Virus record (IMG/VR): IMGVR_UViG_3300039066_000010 | DNA: 64,000 nt | Strand: one strand, 5' to 3' | Source: a virus | Shown: positions 57,175-64,000 of the stretch, piece by piece | Numbering within the stretch: position 1 is the first letter of the stretch | Layout of the letters: each line of letters begins with the position of its first letter | Notes under the pieces: generated by a model | Told to the model about the DNA's origin: nothing | The model's database searches: none | What the model saw: only the letters and a program-made list of their open reading frames with translations | Position numbers and translations under genes: made by a program

Positions 57175-58040
57175 TGGCAGCAATAGATTATTACAATGAT
57201 GAAGCCCAATGGGGTAATTATCAATACGTAAATTTAGACGAGGTGATTAACACTTACATTGCTTCTAGAACACCAGATGACTACACTATAACAATCCCTA
57301 GATTTCAAATACTTCTTCAAGCTAGAAGAGGGATGAGAGAGTTATACTACGATGTCGTTAGAGAGATTAGAGCTATTGAGTTAGAGATATCACCGAGTTT
57401 AATGATAACACTTCCTCCGGACTATGTGAACTTTGTTAGGATTTCATACGTTGATGCTAACGGTAAACTACATCCAATGGCTGTAGATAAGAGTATGAAT
57501 ATCGCACAAGCTTATTTACAAGATGACCAGTTTAATTTATTATTCGATAATACAGGTTGTGTTTTAATTGGGGATGGTGTAAGAGAGCCTGTGAATCCAG
57601 ATACAGAAGAAGTTACTACAAATGATTTTACAGAGTATTATTTTTCAGATTCAGCGTTCACACCTAATTATAACTTAAGTAAGAATTTCGATAACGGTAA
57701 ATACAGAATCGATAAAGCAAGAGGTGTTATAGAATTCGGTTCATCGGTTGTAGGTAAAAATATAGTTCTTGAATATATTTCAGATGGGTTATTTACAGGA
57801 TGCGAAGGTAGACCAGAGGCAGACATAAGGGTTCATAAGTTTGCTGAGGAAGCATTAATGAGTTACATTTATTTAGAGTTGGTTAAACGAAATAGAAATG
57901 TACCAAGCTACGAAAAACAAAGAGCAGAGAAAGATTTTAATAAAAACAAAAGAAAAGCGAAAAGACGTATTAATACAATTAATTACGACGAATTAATGCA
58001 AATATTTAAAGGACAAACTAAATGGATAAAAGGAGTTTAA
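57174..58040 (+). CDS. Hypothetical virion-module protein
   Basis: ORF only. Confidence 0.4.
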   Translation: MAAIDYYNDEAQWGNYQYVNLDEVINTYIASRTPDDYTITIPRFQILLQARRGMRELYYDVVREIRAIELEISPSLMITLPPDYVNFVRISYVDANGKLHPMAVDKSMNIAQAYLQDDQFNLLFDNTGCVLIGDGVREPVNPDTEEVTTNDFTEYYFSDSAFTPNYNLSKNFDNGKYRIDKARGVIEFGSSVVGKNIVLEYISDGLFTGCEGRPEADIRVHKFAEEALMSYIYLELVKRNRNVPSYEKQRAEKDFNKNKRKAKRRINTINYDELMQIFKGQTKWIKGV

Positions 58041-58306
58041 TTGAAACAGGAACATCACACAATAATCACATTTTATGTGTAATCGTTCCGGAGGAAGAAG
58101 TGGTTAATGGATTATATAAACCTGCTGCCATCAAGGAAAAAAGGTATAAAAAATTAAGAGTTGTAAAACAGCTCGACGAGGATGTTTTAAAAGATGATAT
58201 ATTATATGTCCCTTTACATTCAGGAACAGAGGTTGAAACACCGGAAGGAGTTTACACCATCGCAAATAAAAGAGATATTTTATTCTTAGATAGAGATGCA
58301 AAGTAA
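58022..58306 (+). CDS. Hypothetical protein
   Basis: ORF only. Confidence 0.35.
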   Translation: MDKRSLIETGTSHNNHILCVIVPEEEVVNGLYKPAAIKEKRYKKLRVVKQLDEDVLKDDILYVPLHSGTEVETPEGVYTIANKRDILFLDRDAK

Positions 58307-61300
58307 AAACACATTCTTACAAAGTAAAATGAACAAGGACGCAGACGAAAGACTGCTTCCTGAAGGAGAATACCCTCACGCAGAAAACGTGAGGGTTATT
58401 GATTCTGGGGATGCTCATGTAGGAGCTATAGAGAACGTACTGGGTAACGAAGCTTTGACAGATTTTAATCTGATTAACGCTGTTACTCTAGGAGGGTGTG
58501 TAGATACATCAAATCAAAAGATATATTTCTTTACTACTTCTCAAACAAAAGATTTAGTCATAGAATACGATGATTTCAATAAAGTTACAACTGTTTTATT
58601 AGAGTCAACTAAACCGAACAGTGTTTTAAACTTTAACCCTAATTATTTAATTACAGGGGTGAATAAAATAATCAACGAGGACAGCGATAAGGATTTATTG
58701 ATTTGGACAGATGATTACAATGAGCCTCGTATGATTAATATCGAAAGAGCTAAGTCATACACTGTTGACGGATTCATCGACGATGATATCAACGTTATTA
58801 AAAAACCACCTTTTTACCCACCTTCTATCACACCTTTTGTATCAAGTGATTTAGCCTCTAATAATCTTAAGGATAAGTTTTTAGCTTTCTCATACAGGTA
58901 TAAATATTTAGATGGAGGGTATAGTGCTTTATCACCATTTTCTTATTATAACTTCACACCTTCTCCGTTTAAAGTTGATTATGACATATTAGCGAACGAC
59001 GCAATGGTTAATACTTATAACTCTGTAGTTATAGATTTTAACACCGGTGATAAAAGAGTAATCGGGATAGATATTGTTTTCAAAGAGTCTAATTCAAACA
59101 CTGTTTATTTAATTCAGTCTTTCGATAAAAAGAAAGAGAACTGGTTAAATAATACAAATGTGACATATAATTTCTCAAATAGTAAATTATACAAAGCTTT
59201 ACCAGAGACTGAATTATCAAGACTTTTTGATAATGTCCCAAGAAAAGCTAAGGCTCAGGATATTGTTGGTAATAGAATCGTATATGGTAATTTCTTAGAG
59301 AATTACGATATAAAAGATGCTAAAGGTGAAGATATCAAAATCGATTACACGGTAGGACTGAATACTGAGGTCTTAACAGAGATAGATGTCCCAACATCTG
59401 TTGGAAGTTTACCTACTTTCACAGATAACTTATTGACGTTTGATTTAACAGGGGTTGAATTAAAAAAGGATTTAACTATTACTTTTTACATCAGGCTTAC
59501 AGAAAGAACTTATAATTCCGGTTCTTTCAATAGTTCTTTGAGTTATACATTAAAAGAAGATTTCGCTACAGTTGCTGACTTAAAAACATCTTTGGATTTT
59601 ATAAATTTTATCCAAGTAGTTGCTACAAACATCTTTACAACTACTTATAATGTTCCAAGTCCTCCTGCAGGAAGTACAGTTGACAGCATCACACCTTTTA
59701 ATATAGAGACTACAATAGGGGATATCATTACAATTAAAGCACCTATTGTTAATTACCTTATAACAGGTGTTCCTTCGATTGTTCAGTCTAAATGGGGATT
59801 TATATCAACCCAGACAAATGTGACTTATAGATTAGAGGCTTCTATCGGAAGTTTAAAATCAAACAGAAGTAATGAAGTAGGGATAATATATTCAGATGAG
59901 TCAGGTAGAAGTACTACAGTTTTAACCAGTGTTGATAATACAGTTAATATTCCACACGCTAATGCTATAACTCAGAATAAATTTAACGTTACTATAAACA
60001 ACCCAGCTCCGAAATGGGCTACAAGATTTAAATTAGCGGTTAAAGAAAACAAAGAGAGATATCATGAAATATACGTTAGTACCTTTTATCAAGACGGTGT
60101 TTACAGATGGTTGAAATTAGAAGGAGATAATAAAAGTAAAGTTAAAGAGGGTGATATTCTAATTATTAAAACAGACCTTAGCGGATTTGTCCCAACTCTA
60201 ACAACGGTTACAGCTTTAGAAGTCGATATCAAACCAGAAAACTTTATATCAACTAATGCAGGAGGTGAACTAGCCGGAAGATACGTAAAAATAAAACCTC
60301 CAGTAGGTATAAATATAAACGTATCAGCAACACCAGCTTATACTGTAGAGGGTAATGCTCGAAGCAGTGGTGGGGGATTCTCAATGATACTTAAATATTT
60401 TCCGCAACCTATAACACAAGGTAGTAGAATACAAATAGCATTGAGTAATATAAAATACGGTAGTAACGGAGGAGCTTATTATTATGATAAGACTTTTACA
60501 GTTGGTGCTGATTATGACAACATTGCAGACTGGTACGCAGTTGAAGTAGTAGCTGTTTCACCATTCACTATTATATGGGGGATAGACGGTGGAGGATTAT
60601 ATGCAGCAGTACCTAATATTTTAAACGGTAACGGACAACATGATTCTTATATCAATGGTGCAATAACAGTTACACCTAATAATGGATTAATTGTACTTGA
60701 AACTACACCTGATGAAAGATTAGGGGATTTCTACTTCGAATCATCTGAGGTTTTTGACATAGTGGATGGATTGCATCAAGGTAATTTACAGAATCAAACA
60801 TCAATTGTTCCAGCAATAGTAGAGTTAGATTATTACAATTGTTTTGCTTTTGGTAACGGGGTGGAAAGTAACGCTTATAAGAGTGGTTTTACAACTAATT
60901 ACTTAAGTATGGACTTACGTCCTACGGCTACTAATTTAGAACCATATAAAGAAAACAGAAGATTCGCTGATTTAACTTATAGTGGGATTTACAATAACTC
61001 TACTAATATCAACGAGTTAAATAATTTCAACCTGTCAACAGCTAATTTCAAAGATGACATCGAGAAAAAATACGGTGGGATTCAGAAGATAGTAGCTAGA
61101 GATACAGATTTAGTAGTTTTCCAAGAAGATAAAGTATCTAAGGTTTTATACGGTAAAGCTGTTTTAAACAATGTAGACGGTACTGGAAACGTTGGTAAAA
61201 TTAAAGATGTACTAGGTCAGCAAATAACATACGATGGTGAATACGGGATAAGTCAAAACCCAGAGAGTTTTGCGTTCTTCGGTAACAGAATGTACTTTAC

Positions 61301-62756
61301 AGATGTTAAAAGAGGAACACCTTTACGTTTATCAAATGATGGGATTTCTGAGATTAACGATGGGATGAGTAATTACTTTAAGGATAATTACAGAGACGGG
61401 TTGTTTGTCAAGAAAGTTGGGGGATACGACCCATGTAACGACCAATATATCATAGTTGATGATAAAATAAACACTTATAAAGATTCTACGTTAGGATGTG
61501 GAGTAAATAAGTACTTCAAAGATTTCATAGGTGTTGCAGATGTATTCATTAATTTTAAAGGGTTGAGTGGTAATAGCACATTAAATTACACCATTGCATC
61601 CGGAACGATAACAATCAAACAGGAAAATGAAGGAGTCGTAACAACAGTTGGGACATTTAATTCAACTGGGTCAAGCCCTATAAATGTAGAGATTACAGAT
61701 TCTTATAATAAGAGAATAATTATAGAGTCTTCATCAGATGCGACATTTATTATTAATTCATCTTGTATTGTTGGGGAAAACCTTAAAATTGTCAATATCG
61801 TTTTAAACGATAACGATGATGTAGGTTTAACATTAAACTCAAGATTTAAATGGTATGATGCGATTTCACAATCGTCATATAAGACTTATAACACACCGTT
61901 CAGTCCTAGTTTAATAACTCAATTTGATGCAATAAATGGATTTAAAGGGGTTGGTAATATACCAGCTGAGGATGCAACGGTTATCATGGAGAGTGTTAAA
62001 ACAGTAGGTGACACAGGAGAGTTGATAAGTTTAGATAAAATGAAATATTTAATCACAACAAATGATTATGATGAGTCAGATATCGCAACAATATTAACAG
62101 ATTCTACATTATTATCTACAACGATTAACACTAACCCTTCCGGAGACATTGTTAAAAGTGCAAACTTTACATTGAACACTTTACCTAATGAGATTTTATA
62201 TTTGATTTGGGATTATAGAACAGCGGTTGAAGCGGTTGATGACGAGTCTGAAGTAGCGGAATATGAATCTGCAAACATTAATGTAATGAGTAATGATTTG
62301 GGTATTTTAACTAATTACACACCAGTGATAGTGACAACTCCTAGTTCAGGTACAGCTATTGTGAATCCAGATAAAACTATAACCTACACATCAACAGGTG
62401 GTACAGGAACTGATACATTCACATATGAATTAAACAATGGGGATGTTACAAGTAATATAGCAACGGTGAATATCAATATAGGTGCGGCAATGATTATATC
62501 TACTTACTTTAGTGATGTGAGTACACCAACATCTAATTGTGATGGTGCTGGGATTATATCATATCCTTTATTATTACATTACGAAAAGATAACAGAATCT
62601 TACCCTTACTTTGAACTAGGTCAAGTTTTATATACAGATGTAGAATTAACAACTCCTTTTGTAGGTACTGATGATTGGTATCATATAGACCCTAGCTTAT
62701 CAGTAAGAGTAAATATCACAGGTGTCATAGTAGAAATAGATAATTGTACAATATAA
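58296..62756 (+). CDS. Very large (1486 aa) virion structural protein (tail/baseplate-associated candidate)
   Basis: Size, beta-rich composition, position in structural block. Confidence 0.45.
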   Translation: MQSKNTFLQSKMNKDADERLLPEGEYPHAENVRVIDSGDAHVGAIENVLGNEALTDFNLINAVTLGGCVDTSNQKIYFFTTSQTKDLVIEYDDFNKVTTVLLESTKPNSVLNFNPNYLITGVNKIINEDSDKDLLIWTDDYNEPRMINIERAKSYTVDGFIDDDINVIKKPPFYPPSITPFVSSDLASNNLKDKFLAFSYRYKYLDGGYSALSPFSYYNFTPSPFKVDYDILANDAMVNTYNSVVIDFNTGDKRVIGIDIVFKESNSNTVYLIQSFDKKKENWLNNTNVTYNFSNSKLYKALPETELSRLFDNVPRKAKAQDIVGNRIVYGNFLENYDIKDAKGEDIKIDYTVGLNTEVLTEIDVPTSVGSLPTFTDNLLTFDLTGVELKKDLTITFYIRLTERTYNSGSFNSSLSYTLKEDFATVADLKTSLDFINFIQVVATNIFTTTYNVPSPPAGSTVDSITPFNIETTIGDIITIKAPIVNYLITGVPSIVQSKWGFISTQTNVTYRLEASIGSLKSNRSNEVGIIYSDESGRSTTVLTSVDNTVNIPHANAITQNKFNVTINNPAPKWATRFKLAVKENKERYHEIYVSTFYQDGVYRWLKLEGDNKSKVKEGDILIIKTDLSGFVPTLTTVTALEVDIKPENFISTNAGGELAGRYVKIKPPVGININVSATPAYTVEGNARSSGGGFSMILKYFPQPITQGSRIQIALSNIKYGSNGGAYYYDKTFTVGADYDNIADWYAVEVVAVSPFTIIWGIDGGGLYAAVPNILNGNGQHDSYINGAITVTPNNGLIVLETTPDERLGDFYFESSEVFDIVDGLHQGNLQNQTSIVPAIVELDYYNCFAFGNGVESNAYKSGFTTNYLSMDLRPTATNLEPYKENRRFADLTYSGIYNNSTNINELNNFNLSTANFKDDIEKKYGGIQKIVARDTDLVVFQEDKVSKVLYGKAVLNNVDGTGNVGKIKDVLGQQITYDGEYGISQNPESFAFFGNRMYFTDVKRGTPLRLSNDGISEINDGMSNYFKDNYRDGLFVKKVGGYDPCNDQYIIVDDKINTYKDSTLGCGVNKYFKDFIGVADVFINFKGLSGNSTLNYTIASGTITIKQENEGVVTTVGTFNSTGSSPINVEITDSYNKRIIIESSSDATFIINSSCIVGENLKIVNIVLNDNDDVGLTLNSRFKWYDAISQSSYKTYNTPFSPSLITQFDAINGFKGVGNIPAEDATVIMESVKTVGDTGELISLDKMKYLITTNDYDESDIATILTDSTLLSTTINTNPSGDIVKSANFTLNTLPNEILYLIWDYRTAVEAVDDESEVAEYESANINVMSNDLGILTNYTPVIVTTPSSGTAIVNPDKTITYTSTGGTGTDTFTYELNNGDVTSNIATVNINIGAAMIISTYFSDVSTPTSNCDGAGIISYPLLLHYEKITESYPYFELGQVLYTDVELTTPFVGTDDWYHIDPSLSVRVNITGVIVEIDNCTI

Positions 62757-63481
62757 TGGTTATAAATTATGATGAGAGAGTAAAAGGGTGGACATCGTTC
62801 CACTCTTACACTCCAGATTTAATGTTAGGGATGAATAATAAATTCTTCAGTTGTAAAAATGGAGATTTATACATACACGACTCATTAAATTCAGAAAGGA
62901 ATACTTTTTATGGTGTTTATTCAGATTCAAAGATATCGGTAATTGTTAATCCAGAAGCTTCTGAGGTTAAGGAAATGTTAGCTTTAAAGTTAGAGGGTAA
63001 TGATTCATGGGATGCGGTGATTTCAGCTTATATTTCAAGTTTGGAGAATCCGATATCATCATCGATATCTAAGGTAGAGTTCGTTAAAAAAGAAGGTATG
63101 TGGTATGCGTACACCAGACGTAATGAAAGTTCTACACATTTTGATTCTAAATCTACTTACGGGATAGGTAGAGTTACAGGTATAGCAGGAAATATTATCA
63201 CTTTTAATGGTGGTAACTCCTCTCTTTGTGTCGGTGATAAAATAGTAAAAGGTTCAAACCTAGCGGTGATTGGAGAGATTCAAAGTATGACGCCTACAAC
63301 ATTAACTCTAGACACTGTTGTCGGATTAGTCAATAATGATTTCATTGTCGGTATGAAAGACGCCAGAACAGAAGGAGGAGGACTAAGAGGTTATACTTTT
63401 AGAGTGGATTTAACATCAGAGCGTAAAGAAAAGTTAGAATTATTTGCAGTAAATACAGAAATAATTAGAAGTTATAGTTAA
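62744..63481 (+). CDS. Hypothetical structural-module protein
   Basis: ORF only. Confidence 0.4.
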   Translation: MYNIMVINYDERVKGWTSFHSYTPDLMLGMNNKFFSCKNGDLYIHDSLNSERNTFYGVYSDSKISVIVNPEASEVKEMLALKLEGNDSWDAVISAYISSLENPISSSISKVEFVKKEGMWYAYTRRNESSTHFDSKSTYGIGRVTGIAGNIITFNGGNSSLCVGDKIVKGSNLAVIGEIQSMTPTTLTLDTVVGLVNNDFIVGMKDARTEGGGLRGYTFRVDLTSERKEKLELFAVNTEIIRSYS

Positions 63482-63517
63482 ATTCATTATCTTTGTCTTA
63501 ATTTAAATTTAAAGACA

Positions 63518-63919
63518 ATGTTTGAATACAGAATAGAAGGTAGGGATTTCCAACCTGTTTTAAAAAAATGGTGGGAAGGACAAGATTTCGTAGTGTTAAC
63601 TGAGGAATTATTACCTAATCGAATATTTGTAGCTTCATTAAACGGTGTAGATTTTTACGCTATACCAGTTTACGCAACAGATTCAGCTTTTGCTTGGATG
63701 GGGTTTCCAACGGCAAATCCAGAAATAAAACAAGAAGATAAAGAATTAAAATCATCTTGTTTTGTATATTTATTAGAACAACTTGAAACCTGTCTCAAAC
63801 GAGACGGGTTTTCTAGGATTATAACAACAAGTATGCACAACAGTGTGATGAACAACTTAGAAAAAAGAGACTTCTTAAAAGTAGACGAAGGAACTAATTT
63901 CTTTATAAAAATAGTATAA
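63518..63919 (+). CDS. Hypothetical protein (weak GNAT-like resemblance)
   Basis: ORF only. Confidence 0.3.
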   Translation: MFEYRIEGRDFQPVLKKWWEGQDFVVLTEELLPNRIFVASLNGVDFYAIPVYATDSAFAWMGFPTANPEIKQEDKELKSSCFVYLLEQLETCLKRDGFSRIITTSMHNSVMNNLEKRDFLKVDEGTNFFIKIV

Positions 63920-63929
63920 TATGGCTTTA

Positions 63930-64000
63930 CAATTAGGAGTAGCAGCAGTAGGTGCTGGAATGTCTTATTTCCAAGGTAAAAAAATGGAGAAGGACGCTAA
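63930..64000 (+). CDS. Start of a further gene (MALQLGVAAVGAGMSYFQGKK...), truncated by window end
   Basis: ATG with open frame to window end. Confidence 0.3.

Noticed and set aside
1-64000. CRISPR arrays or other regularly spaced short direct repeats
   Set aside because: No repeat-spacer periodicity seen; the only tandem repeats are the 36-bp in-frame coding repeats at 53162-53285 and the three ~42-bp control-region repeats, which are irregularly spaced.

Overview
The window looks like a double-stranded DNA phage genome segment and not a bacterial chromosome, as far as sequence alone can show. Coordinates I derived by hand may be off by 1-2 nt. Several -7-type promoter motifs (TAnnTTTG) and the lack of Shine-Dalgarno sequences suggest a Bacteroidetes (Flavobacteriia-like) host; this is inference.

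Left arm, minus strand, about 2.2-29.9 kb: early, replication and metabolism genes.
- A 12-13 gene tRNA array, with an HNH homing endonuclease beside it.
- A nuclease block: one PD-(D/E)XK nuclease, two DnaQ-like DEDD exonucleases and a DUF1064-like nuclease.
- A family B DNA polymerase gene that appears split into three exons by two group I-like introns. One intron carries a LAGLIDADG homing endonuclease ORF and the other a GIY-YIG one. Joining exons 2 and 3 at a U|...G| boundary exactly rebuilds the polymerase motif B (KLSANSV|YG).
- A GroES-like/GroEL pair, a HAD hydrolase, a primase-polymerase/helicase, a single-strand DNA-binding protein (DDLPF tail), a vWA protein and an SPFH lipoprotein with a membrane partner.
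- An NAD+ salvage cluster: PRPP synthetase, a Ser/Thr-phosphatase-like metallophosphoesterase and nicotinamide phosphoribosyltransferase (NadV).
- A lytic transglycosylase, then a block of uncharacterised early ORFs.

Central non-coding region, 29951-32189: three ~42-bp direct repeats, several palindromes and a G-depleted CA-rich patch. It is probably the divergent early promoter and origin region.

Right arm, plus strand:
- A serine recombinase, small ORFs, a PAPS-reductase-like PP-loop enzyme and a MazG-like protein.
- A second array of seven tRNAs.
- Two tail fibre/spike paralogues that share a ~280-bp 5' module.
- Lysis genes (a holin-like protein and an M15 endolysin), plus an HNH endonuclease and a frameshifted GIY-YIG remnant.
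- A large terminase that carries a LAGLIDADG intein right after its Walker B glutamate.
- Portal, scaffold (36-bp tandem repeats), major capsid and large virion proteins, punctuated by terminator-plus-promoter cassettes.

The most notable unexplained signal is a 12-18-bp motif, GTGATAGTGATT, that recurs seven times on one strand between 19.1 and 28.7 kb. It sits in all three reading frames inside genes and twice lies directly against start codons.
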